A stretch of 63,932 nt of DNA, counting the filler, from Octopus bimaculoides (Eukaryota), in NCBI RefSeq assembly GCF_001194135.2. It is 9 parts of 7 records of this genome, joined end to end, with 100 filler letters (N's around TTAATTAATTAA, not from the genome) between each part and the next. Parts side by side here need not be neighbours in the genome. Positions count along the whole stretch, not along the records: positions 10,195 to 29,859 come from NC_068982.1; positions 29,960 to 37,782 come from NC_069005.1; 7 more parts are not named here. One strand, 5' to 3'. Both the position numbers and the translations under genes were made by a program. Numbering within the stretch: the first letter of the stretch is position 1; every line of letters begins with the position of its first letter. The notes under the pieces are model-generated. The model did not search any database and had not been told where the DNA came from. It saw only the letters and a list, made by a program, of their open reading frames with translations. Positions 23,364 through 34,840 of this stretch are shown piece after piece.

Positions 23364-23775
23364 AAAGGCGGCGAGCTGGCAGAAACGTTAACGCGCCGGG
23401 AGGAATGCTTAGCGGTATTTCGTCTGCCGTTACGTTCTGAGTTCAAATTCCGCCGAGGTCGACTTTGCCTTCCATCCTTCCGGGGTCGATAGATTAAGTA
23501 CCAGTTACGCACTGGAGTCAATGTAATCGACTTTAATCCCTTTGTTTGTCCTTGTTTGTCCCCTCTATGTTTAGCCCCCTGGTGGGCAATAAAGTAATAA
23601 GAAACGTTAGTGGTATTTCCTCTGTCTTTATGTTCTGAGTTCAAATTCCGCCGAAGTCGACTTTGTTTTCATCTTCTCGGTGTCGATAAATTAAATACCA
23701 GTTGCGTACTGGGGTCGATCTAGTCGACTCCCCCCTCCCCCTAAATTTCGGGCCTTGTTCCTTGAGCAGAAAATA
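23364..23775 (+). mobile_element. Dimeric SINE family A
   Basis: aaggcggcgagctggcagaaacgttaac...aataaagtaataagaaacgttagtggtatttcc... followed by the second monomer. Confidence 0.9.
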
Positions 23776-24150
23776 TATGAATTTATTTCTACTGTAGAGC
23801 TTGTAACATATTTTGTCACTGCTGGCGTTTCATACTTTCCTTTCTCTCATTCACTCACCAGTCACTTCTGAAAACAAGACCTTATTTTCCATTTATGTAT
23901 AAAAATACAACACACACCATTACTTCATATAAAACAGCAGATACACAATTATTTTTCCTTCTTTGAAGTTGCTGTACCACATGCTTCTTGAATAAATACT
24001 GCAAGTCACACTGCCATAATGCAGCGCACTAAGAACGCAAGCTCTGTAGATTCCAACCTTTGCGTGCACCGTTAACTTACTGTTCTTCCAGTACACTCAC
24101 ATTATAATATCACGTGACAACCTGATCAACCAGACTATTAGATGTTGTTA

Positions 24151-24612
24151 TAGAGTAATCACTCGCCATATTGCGGTTCACCTATCGCACCCTCACTACA
24201 TCGCGGATTTTTCTGGCTAATATATGTAAATCTATATCGCGAACTCCTCAGTTTATCGCGGGTTTCTACGGCCGATTTGGTATTTATATTTTTAGATTTT
24301 AATTATTTCTGTGGTAAAATAAGCATTTTCACGCCTGAAAATTAATAAATAAAAATACAGTACAGTACTGCACTGTATAACACATTAATTAAAATATATT
24401 AAAAGAAAATACGTAGTGTACCGTAGATGAGCAAACAGAATCGCACATACTGTATGGAAAACGAAACTCGGGAGGCGAGTGTGTGGTGTTGTTTTGCATT
24501 TATAATAAAATAAATATATACAAATTATAAAAATAATAATAATGAATATACAGTACAATACTGTTTCTATTTCGTGGAATTTCACCCATTGTTCGGGGTT
24601 TTGGAACGTAAC
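24151..24612 (+). mobile_element. pogo/Tigger-like non-autonomous DNA transposon (one end)
   Basis: TA-gagtaatcactcgccatattgcggttcacctatcgc...catcgcggattttt resembles TA-CAGTAATCCCTCG termini and CGCG subterminal repeats of Tigger-like elements. Internal tacagtacagtactg is also typical. Confidence 0.6.
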
Positions 24613-24636
24613 GTATATATATGTATGTATATATAT

Positions 24637-24948
24637 ATTTTAATGGGAGAGGTCTGTTNNNNNNNNNNNNNNNNNNNNNNNNNNNNNNNNNNNNNNNNNN
24701 NNNNNNNNNNNNNNNNNNNNNNNNNNNNNNNNNNNNNNNNNNNNNNNNNNNNNNNNNNNNNNNNNNNNNNNNNNNNNNNNNNNNNNNNNNNNNNNNNNNN
24801 NNNNNNNNNNNNNNNNNNNNNNNNNNNNNNNNNNNNNNNNNNNNNNNNNNNNNNNNNNNNNNNNNNNNNNNNNNNNNNNNNNNNNNNNNNNNNNTTTATG
24901 GACGGGAAACCCAGGGTAGCCCCAAAAACCGGCCTCTCCCATTAAAAT
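24637..24948. mobile_element. Small TIR-bounded element (MITE-like), interior mostly N
   Basis: attttaatgggagaggtctgtt (24637-24658) vs aaccggcctctcccattaaaat (24927-24948): 22-bp inverted repeat with 2 mismatches; (TA)n on the left. Confidence 0.6.
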
Positions 24949-25002
24949 GTACACTGCTCTACATCTTAGAGTGTGCTTGTCCGGATTTATGTTTTCTGCA
25001 AA

Positions 25003-25044
<42 letters not shown>

Positions 25045-25199
25045 CATATAAAATTAGTGTACATTTAAACACAAAAAGAGGTGACCATTAACAGGCCAAC
25101 TTACATGATAGAAGGAGCAGTCAAAACGTCCAAAATATAAAATTAGAAATGCATTTTTTAAGAAATTATCAACTGTTTAAAAAAATTTAACAGAATATC

Positions 25200-25570
25200 A
25201 CAAACCTCTGTTGAAGAAGTTTATGGTGTGTATTTTATGTCTGTGTTTTGTGTCTAAGCGCTTTCGTTATTAAGCTTTTCAAACACACGTATTATGAGCT
25301 AATATGTAAAGAGGAAGTTGTTTTTAGTAACGGTGTTGACTGTTTAGTTTCGGATTTAGAATTCTTATAAAGTATTCTTCTTTTAGATTATACAGTTCTA
25401 AGTTGATGTGTTTTCCAACGGTTGTAATGGATCCTCTCACGGACGAGGGCATGTCCTGCCTTTTCTGCTACTCTTCTAGCTTTGTATGAATCCACTGGTG
25501 TCATTATATTCAAGCCAGGTGGTATTAGCTTTGAGTCTCTACATCCACATCAAAGGTTAGCAACTTTCTG
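25200..25570 (-). pseudogene. Relic of the N-terminal region of a Penelope-like element ORF
   Basis: Minus strand, one frameshift: LTF-[fs]-CRDSKLIPPGLNIMTPVDSYKARRVAEKAGHALVRERIHYNRWK (25388-25560). This matches the F..RC....IP.GL....P......A..I...A...L..ERI pattern I recall upstream of the RT in Penelope-like ORFs. Confidence 0.65.
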
Positions 25571-25894
25571 TTAAATAAAAACATTTTTTTTTAATGTTTA
25601 AAAATTTTGAAAAAAATCATTCTTTTTATTATTACTGTAACTCTATCAAGTAATTTTACAAAAGCTTACACACACACACATCAAAACAAAGCATGAAAGA
25701 TTGGTTATGAGATGTTTAGTAATAAGCAGTCTCTTTTGTTCTGTTTTATATTCTACATACATTCTTTGTAACACTCAAACCCAAGATTCATAACAAATGA
25801 CAGGAATACAATACCACGAACGGGAATACCCATCAAATTTCAAATACCGGTTATTTGTCGCGGAATTTAAAGCTTAAATCGCACAAAATAAACA

Positions 25895-25942
<48 letters not shown>

Positions 25943-25946
25943 CGTA

Positions 25947-26014
<68 letters not shown>

Positions 26015-26015
26015 C
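25895..26015. repeat. (GCAC)n microsatellite
   Basis: Direct reading. Confidence 0.98.
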
Positions 26016-26803
26016 GTACAAGCTGGTACATACGTACGTTACGAACTGCATATAGAGTGCAATCCTTTCACCTGTGACTGCTGATCGATTACATTGTCAT
26101 GTAACACCGTAATCTTGACATAACTTCACGTATGTAAATTTGATAATTTACATAAGAAATGCAAGTGTTGTTCGTTGATCGTCAAGCTGCTCTTGTATTC
26201 ATTGCTTACGTGACAGTCTGACATGTTTGTAAGAATGAAATTCCTTTTTTTAGTCAGAGAACATTGATACGATGATGTGAAGCAGATTTACTCGTATTTC
26301 GTTATTTGGGTCGATGCCTGTTTCTTAAATCTCTCTCGTTCTGCTGCGCTATCTTTGGACCAAAATCAATGAACCCATGTTTAAAGAAATATATTTCATC
26401 TCCATCAATAAAGTCTTTGTGATACTTTAATGGCGTCCTCGTTCTGTATGCATAAATGATCACACAAAATGTTCTGTGCGACATTGTGCTATATAGATAA
26501 TATATATTATGTATAATAATATATCGATAACATATTGGCAATATATTTCACCAAAATATCTCTTTTGGGTCTTGAGTCTCCATAAATATAGTTTTATCAT
26601 TTACAGTTGATGAACGCCATTCACGTCAAGATTCATCTTCCATTATTATTTTTTCACTTCATCAAAAGGTGAGGAGGTGGGGAAAGAAGATAACCTCATT
26701 GTGGTCGTTCGAATTACAATAAGCATTTAATAACATCTGCCATGTCTGTATAAAACGACTTCCTCCGCATACATATATACGTGTGTGTGTGCATATGTGC
26801 TTA

Positions 26804-27165
26804 TAGGCTCAGACGTGACTCTGTGGTAAGAAGTTTGTTTCCTAACCGCAGTGTTCCGGGTTCAATCTCGCTGCGTGGCACCTGGAGCAAGTGTATTCTG
26901 CTATAGCCTCTGGCCGATTAAAGCCTTGTGAGTGGATCTGCTACACAGAAATTATGTGCGTGTGTTTATCCCCCAACACCGCTTGACAACCAGTGTTGGT
27001 GTATTTACGTCCCGGTAACCTAGCGGTTCGGCAAAAGGCACTAATACAATAAGTACCAGTTTCAAAAGACATTAATTACTACTGGAGTCGATTCATTCGA
27101 CTAAAAATTCTTCAAGGCAGTGCTCCGGCATGGCCACAGTCTAATGAATCAAACAAGTAAAAGAT
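26804..27165 (+). mobile_element. SINE family B, near full length, older copy
   Basis: Head gactctgtggtaagaagtttg...ccgggttcaatc, core gcaagtgtattctgctatagcctc, 3' body ...gcatggccacagtc...aaacaagtaaaag. Confidence 0.85.
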
Positions 27166-27310
27166 TACTCTGGGTAACACAATTTTTGTTCTTGGGTAGC
27201 AACTGTTACTTCCAAATTGCTGACCCCTAAAAAGTATAGAAAATGACTAATATTTCCTTCCAGCTTTTCTTTTTGTTATATTTATTCAAACCCCAAAGAA
27301 TCTCTCCTAA

Positions 27311-27864
27311 CCCTGATGCAGTACCAGGCACTGGTTCTCGTGGCTTCTCATCTTAACTCATTGGAAGTGTTATCATGTACATTGTTTTGTCTTGGTATAA
27401 AAGATGGGCTACAGCAAATATTCTGCTTAATACCAGAGATTTGCTTGTCAGTTGTTTGACCGTAAACTGTTGAGCATGTCCCTTGGTGGCTGACGATAGA
27501 TGCGTCTCTGATCACGAGCAGAAGTAGTGGGGGAGCATCATAGCCATGTGTTGAGAGGAGTTCTTTGGGGTTTGAATAATTCACCTTTGGAAACATGAGT
27601 GTTTCGTTCAACAGCCTTAAACAACCCTTATTCAAGGACCTTGTGAGCGGGATGGGCTACTCGACCTGAAGAAAATTCTAACTGGGCCCCACCTGCAAGG
27701 TCATGCGCTGTTTATCTTGATATAAGATCACCATGTCGCGCACATATGGTTGTGATGCATGTGCCTCGTGTACCCTTATCAGATGGGTAGTCATGATGGG
27801 TATACTGGGCTTCGTATATTTGTACCCCAGTGTTACTTTGATGGCATGCGCTGCTCTCTCACTC

Positions 27865-27907
<43 letters not shown>
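27311..27907 (+). mobile_element. Second copy of the ~555-bp (AAT)n-tailed repeat
   Basis: Aligns end to end with 60-615; tail (AAT)n at 27866-27907. Confidence 0.8.
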
Positions 27908-27908
<1 letters not shown>

Positions 27909-28677
27909 TAGCGACTGAAGCAGTATTAATACCAAAAGGTATGCTTGATCTCCAGCTTAATGTAGATGTGTTAGAACACGAAATACTGCGTTATTTACTT
28001 TGGGAGGACCTCTCGCATGAACTCGTGATGCATAAAAGCACTCGTGTTTATATCGTTGACAGACGAGAACCGTCTGCTATGGCTGCCGGAACTGCTAGAT
28101 CGCGTGATTTGTCAAAATTGCAGGGCCTTAAACATAATATTGACATCTTCTGGATTTTCACTACTGTGTGTAGTTTCTTTCCTCCGTCCCCGATCATTAT
28201 GCTTGCTCTGTCATGTTTGCCTTCAGAGAAGTCTTGATAGGAACATTCCACTGGCATTCTTTCATCAGTGATCTCTTCAACATCACTGTAATGTCTTTAT
28301 CCTTCCTTTGGATTGCATTGGACAATGATTTAGTCTCATCCAACCTCATACGTAGATAATGCTGTGATGATATTTTCACGTGGTCTACATCATTCGTCAC
28401 ATCTAAGAGGTTTACCTGCATCCCTATCTCTTTCGTGTAGCAGTTGTTTTATTTGTTTGTTTGTTTGTTTGTTTTTTGCTATTATTTCCTGCTTCTGTAT
28501 TGCAAAGCCATTTCCTTCGAAGTGAGAGCTGATATCCCTGTTGTTATTCCACGACAGACTACTTTGGCAATCAATGTTGCTGTCATTTTGAAACTTTATG
28601 CGAATATAGCCATGCACGATCTTTTGCTGGTATGCATACAGCTTCTCGTCAAGTGAATTGTTGCGGTAGAATCGTAC

Positions 28678-28712
<35 letters not shown>

Positions 28713-28724
28713 TGGTGGTGGGGG

Positions 28725-28995
28725 GAGTGTTAGAGGTGTTGCACACACGATCATGAGATTGCAGTTTCGATCCTCAGACCGGCTGCGCGTTGTGTTCTTG
28801 AGCAAAACACTTCATTTCACGTTGCTGCAGTCCACTCAACTGCAAATGGGTCACCTTGCAACGGACTAACCTTCCGATCAAGGGGAATGTTGGCCTGCTC
28901 ACCTAGTCAATGGTGGGGGGGGGGGCATCATTCGAAGCCTAAAACGATACAAAGTGCATTGTGACCAGCGATGTATAACAACATCCGATGGTCTG
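28725..28995 (+). mobile_element. Degenerate SINE family D copy
   Basis: gcagtttcgatcctcagaccggctgcgcgttgtgttcttgagcaaaacacttcatttcacgttgctgcagtccactcaactg. Confidence 0.7.
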
Positions 28996-31900
28996 GTCTA
29001 TCACGTGATATATTGATAAATAGCTTTAGTTAGGGAATACTTTTTGAGAGGCTCCGTTCCACCTCACGTGATGTTATCTTTCACATGTATACAACCACAA
29101 TCCATGGCTGGACTTCGACATTTGATGGTTAACAGTCGCGGTCGAAGGGATACGATGCTGTTTGGATCCACGTTAAGGCTCCGATGCCTTACTTTCATTT
29201 TGAGTGAAAATCAACAGCCTGGGCCCTCATTTAGCAATTGAACGATAAATGAAGTCCGGGCTATTCAACAAGTCTAAAAGACCGTAGCATACATGAAGTA
29301 GAGAACAGAGACGAATATTTTCTTGTAATCGAACCAGATTGTGACCAAGTTCCACCTGTGCCAATGCACTTCAGATACCGTAGTGTTTTTGTTTTGTTTT
29401 TAATCAAGTTGTTCTCTACATCTCCAAAACTCTTTTCTTCGCAGTTACTTGTTCAGCTGTGATGACGTCATCGCCATTAGAAAGATCCTGTAGGAATGGT
29501 TCCAGACAGCCTGTATACATTCCATACATTAAATTCTAGCATGCGATTGGTCGATAATTGTCCGCCATGTGAGCGGCTTTGTTTTTTTCCGTTTCAGTTT
29601 TTGTCTCTGCCAACACTAACCAACTTGGCATGTTTATATGAAAGAGCTGGCTGGCTGGCAAAAGTCGTATGCATCTACGATTATGTATGGACACAAACAT
29701 ACGCGTGTACGCACATACAACACACACACACACACACACACTCTTTCCCTTCAAACGTTAGGCTGATGCAACATTTGTTAAAACTTGTCCCTCCTTTGTT
29801 GGTTTTTATTTTTTTTTCCTTTTTATGTTCGTTGCTTTCATTATATATTTATGCATATANNNNNNNNNNNNNNNNNNNNNNNNNNNNNNNNNNNNNNNNN
29901 NNNTTAATTAATTAANNNNNNNNNNNNNNNNNNNNNNNNNNNNNNNNNNNNNNNNNNNNACGTAACTACAATCGAACGAACGAACTAACGAAAGAATGAA
30001 CCAACGAATGAACAAACGAACGTACGTACGTACGAACGAATGAACAAACGAATGTACGTACGTACGTACGAACGAACGAAAGATTGAACGCACGAAATTA
30101 CGTATGTACGTAAGAACGAAGGAAAGTACGTATGTACGTACGAACGAACGAACGTACGTGCGTACGAACGAAAGAAAGAATAAACGAACTAAAGAACGAA
30201 ATAAAGAAAAAACGAACGTAAATACATACGAACGAACGAACTTACGTTCGAACGAACAGACGGACGAAAGAACGAACGAAAGAACGAACGAACGAAAGAA
30301 TTAACGAACAAACGTACGAACGAGCGAACGTACGTACGTACGTATTTACGAATGAACAAACGAACGAACGACCGAACGATCGAAGGAAAGAACGAATGAA
30401 CGAACGTACGTACTATACGTACGTAGGTACGTACGAACAATCGTGCGTACGCATGTATGTACGGACGTACAAACGAACGAACGAACGAACGTACTTACGT
30501 ACGACGTGCGTTCGTACGTACGTGCCTGCGTACGTACGTACCTACGAACGAACGAACGGACTAACGAAAGAATGAACCAACGAATGAACAAACGAACGTA
30601 CGTACGTACGTTCGAATGTGCGTACGTACGAACGAAAGTACGTACGAATGAGCAAACGAACGAAATGACGAACGTACGTTCGTACGAACGAACCAACGAC
30701 CGAACGAACTTACGTACGGAAGAACGAATGAGCGAAGGGAAACATATTCATACGTCCGTACGTACGAAAGAACGAACGAGCGAATGAATGTATGTACGAA
30801 TGAAAGATAGTACGTACGAAGGAACGAACGAAGAAAAGAAATAAAGGAAAGAGCTAACGTATGTACGAACGAACGAAAGAACGTACGTACGTAATTACGT
30901 ATGTACGAACGAACGCAGGAACGTACGTACGTTCGTACCTACCTACTAACGAACGAACGAACGTACGTCCGTACGAATGAACGTGAGAACGAACGAACTA
31001 ACGTACGTACATATGATCGAAGAATCGAACGAAATTAAGGATTGTACGATCGAACGAAAGAACAAACGTACGTATGTAGGTACGTACATACGTACAAATG
31101 AATGAACGAACGAACGTACATACGTAAGAACGATCGAACGAACGTATATATATCTAAATAAATGTATATATTTATTTANNNNNNNNNNNNNNNNNNNNNN
31201 NNNNNNNNNNNNNNNNNNNNNNNNNNNNNNNNNNNNNNNNNNNNNNNNNNNNNNNNNNNNNNNNNNNNNNNNNNNNNNNNNNNNNNNNNNNNNNNNNNNN
31301 NNNNNNNNNNNNNNNNNNNNNNNNNNNNNNNNNNNNNNNNNNNNNNNNNNNNNNNNNNNNNNNNNNNNNNNNNNNNNNNNNNNNNNNNNNNNNNNNNNNN
31401 NNNNNNNNNNNNNNNNNNNNNNNNNNNNNNNNNNNNNNNNNNNNNNNNNNNNNNNNNNNNNNNNNNNNNNNNNNNNNNNNNNNNNNNNNNNNNNNNNNNN
31501 NNNNNNNNNNNNNNNNNNNNNNNNNNNNNNNNNNNNNNNNNNNNNNNNNNNNNNNNNNNNNNNNNNNNNNNNNNNNNNNNNNNNNNNNNNNNNNNNNNNN
31601 NNNNNNNNNNNNNNNNNNNNNNNNNNNNNNNNNNNNNNNNNNNNNNNNNNNNNNNNNNNNNNNNNNNNNNNNNNNNNNNNNNNNNNNNNNNNNNNNNNNN
31701 NNNNNNNNNNNNNNNNNNNNNNNNNNNNNNNNNNNNNNNNNNNNNNNNNNNNNNNNNNNNNNNNNNNNNNNNNNNNNNNNNNNNNNNNNNNNNNNNNNNN
31801 NNNNNNNNNNNNNNNNNNATATATTCTTTCGTTCGTACGTCCAATCTATCGTTCGTCCGTTCGTTCGTTCGTTCGTTCGTTCGTACGAACTTACGTACTT

Positions 31901-32564
31901 TCGTTCGTTCGTACGAACTTACGTACTTTCGTTCGTTCTATTGTTCCTTCGAACGTACGTAAGTACGAACGAACGAACGTAATAATGTACGTACGAACGA
32001 ACGAACAAACGTACGTACGAAAGAACGAATGAAAGAACGTACCTACGTACGAACGAATGAACGAAAGAATTAAAGAACGAAAGAACGAACGAACGATAGA
32101 ACAAACGATTTAACGAACAAATGTAGGTACATACCTACAAACGAACGAACAGACGTACGAAGGAACGAACGAACGAACGAACGAACGTACGTAGGAACGA
32201 ACGAACGATTGAANNNNNNNNNNNNNNNNNNNNNNNNNNNNNNNNNNNNNNNNNNNNNNNNNNNNNNNNNNNNNNNNNNNNNNNNNNNNNNNNNNNNNNN
32301 NNNNNNNNNNNNNGTACGGACGTACAAACGAACGATCAAACGAAGAAATGTACGTACGAACGACCGAACGAACGTACGTACGTACGTACCTGCGTACGAA
32401 CGTGTGTACGTACGTACATGCGTATGTACGAACTAACGAACGAACGTACGTACGTAGATAAGTACGTACGAACGAACGTACGTAAGTACGTACCTAAGTA
32501 CGTACGCACGAATGAACAACCGAACGTACATACGTGCGTAACTACGAACGAACGAACGAACTAA

Positions 32565-32622
32565 CATCTTGACATAGCAGGGTCTATCAGGCTAGCCTGA
32601 TAGACCCTGCTATGTCAAGATG
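32565..32622. repeat. Perfect 58-bp palindrome with no spacer
   Basis: catcttgacatagcagggtctatcaggct|agcctgatagaccctgctatgtcaagatg is its own reverse complement. Confidence 0.95.
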
Positions 32623-34544
32623 GACTTATATATTCTTCCTCTGCTCTCCCCCACTTGGTTTTAATATGTTGCCACATTTGTAATATGTCTTTTTTTCTAC
32701 ATTTTTTCGTGCAGCTGAAGATTGCTCTTCATATTGCATTTANNNNNNNNNNNNNNNNNNNNNNNNNNNNNNNNNNNNNNNNNNNNNNNNNNNNNNNNNN
32801 NNNNNNNNNNNNNNNNNNNNNNNNNNNNNNNNNNNNNNNNNNNNNNNNNNNNNNNNNNNNNNNNNNNNNNNNNNNNNNNNNNNNNNNNNNNNNNNNNNNN
32901 NNNNNNNNNNNNNNNNNNNNNNNNNNNNNNNNNNNNNNNNNNNNNNNNNNNNNNNNNNNNNNNNNNNNNNNNNNNNNNNNNNNNNNNNNNNNNNNNNNNN
33001 NNNNNNNNNNNNNNNNNNNNNNNNNNNNNNNNNNNNNNNNNNNNNNNNNNNNNNNNNNNNNNNNNNNNNNNNNNNNNNNNNNNNNNNNNNNNNNNNNNNN
33101 NNNNNNNNNNNNNNNNNNNNNNNNNNNNNNNNNNNNNNNNNNNNNNNNNNNNNNATATATATATATATATATATATATACATATTCTTTCGTTCGTACGT
33201 CCAATCTATCGTTCGTTCGTACGTACTTACGTACTTTCGAACGAACAAACGAACGTAATTACGTACATGCGAACGAACGAACGATCGTACTTATGTACGT
33301 ACGTACGAATCAACGAAAGAACGAATGAAAGAACGTACGTACGTACGAACGAATGAACGAAAGAATTAAAGAACGAAAGAAGGAACGAACGATAGTACAA
33401 AAGATTTAACGAACAAATGTAGGTACATACGTACGAACGAACGAACAGATGTAAGTACCAAGGAACGAACGAACGAACGATTGAACGAACGCACGAACGA
33501 AATAATGTAACGTGAGAACGAAGGAACAAAAGAACGAATGAACGAACGAAAGATTGAACGAACGAAAGTACGTATGTACGTACGAACGAACGACCGAACG
33601 TACGTGCGTACGAACGAAAGAAAGAACAAACGAACTAAACAACGAAATAAAGAAAAATCTAACGTACATACGTACGGAAATACGTACGAAGGAACGAGCG
33701 AACTTACGTTCGAACGAACAGACGAACGAAAGAACGAACGAACGATCGCACGAAAGAATTAACGAACACACGTACGTACGAACGATCGGACGAAGGAACG
33801 AACGTACGTAAATACGTACGCACGAATGAACAAACGAACGTAACTACGAACGAACGAACGAACGAACGAAAGAATGAACCAACGAATGAGCAAACGAACG
33901 TACGTACGTATGTACGGACGAGTGTGCGTACGTACGAACGAATGAACAAACGAAAGTACGTACGTACGTACGAATGAACGAACGATAGATTGTACGAACG
34001 AAAGTACGAATGTACGTACGAACGAAATAAAAAACAAACGAACTAAAGAAACAACGAACGTACATACGTACATAAATACGTACGAACGAACAGACGAACG
34101 AACGAACGAAAGAATTAACGAACAAACGTACGTACGAACGGACGAACAAACGAACGTACGTACGTACGTATGTACGAATGAAGTAACGAACGAACGACCG
34201 AACGAACGAACGTACGTACCTGCATACGTACGTACATGCGTACGTACGTACATGCGTACGTACGAACTAACGAACGAACGTGCGTACGTAGATTAGTACG
34301 AACGAACGATCGTACGTAAGTACGTACGCACGAATGAACAAACGAACGTAATACGTACGTACCTACGAACGAACTAACGAAAGAATGAACCAACGAATGA
34401 ACAAACGAACGTACGTACGTACATACGCACGAACGAATAAATGAATGAACGAAAGTACGTACTTACGTAAGAATGAACGAACGAACAACGAACGAACTTA
34501 CGTACGGACGAACGAATGAGCGAACGGAAACATATTCATACGTC

Positions 34545-34840
34545 ACCACACAGTGTTAAGCGGACAGCAGAACTCGAGGCAATTCAGCGGCACTATACAA
34601 AAAAGATCGCCACAGTCCAACAGATGAACTACAGGGAGCGACTAAAGGCACTAGGTTTCTACTCCTTAGAGCGCAGGCGGGAGAGATATGTAATATATAT
34701 ATGGAAAATACTGGAAGGACTGGTGCCAAACTTTGGCATCAAGTACTACAGGAATCATCGCACGGGTCGCCACTGCATGATGCCAAAGGTACCGTCCACT
34801 GCATCTCACACAAGAACGAGATACTGCAGCAGCCTCGGTT
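34545..34840 (+). mobile_element. CR1/L2-type LINE fragment (C-terminal part of ORF2) inserted into the satellite
   Basis: SPHSVKRTAELEAIQRHYTKKIATVQQMNYRERLKALGFYSLERRRERYVIYIWKILEGLVPNFGI: the LE.IQR..T and Y.ERL..L.L.SLE.RR motifs are typical of CR1-group RT thumb regions. Confidence 0.88.

Noticed and set aside
26302-26541. 79-aa minus-strand ORF (also 43172-43492 and 60759-61238)
   Set aside because: No recognisable domain or splice context; partly low-complexity.
32715-32742. CTGAAGA followed by a TGC/GCA hairpin after the 58-bp palindrome
   Set aside because: The expected GAAA does not follow the stem (TTTA then gap), so a hammerhead cannot be supported.
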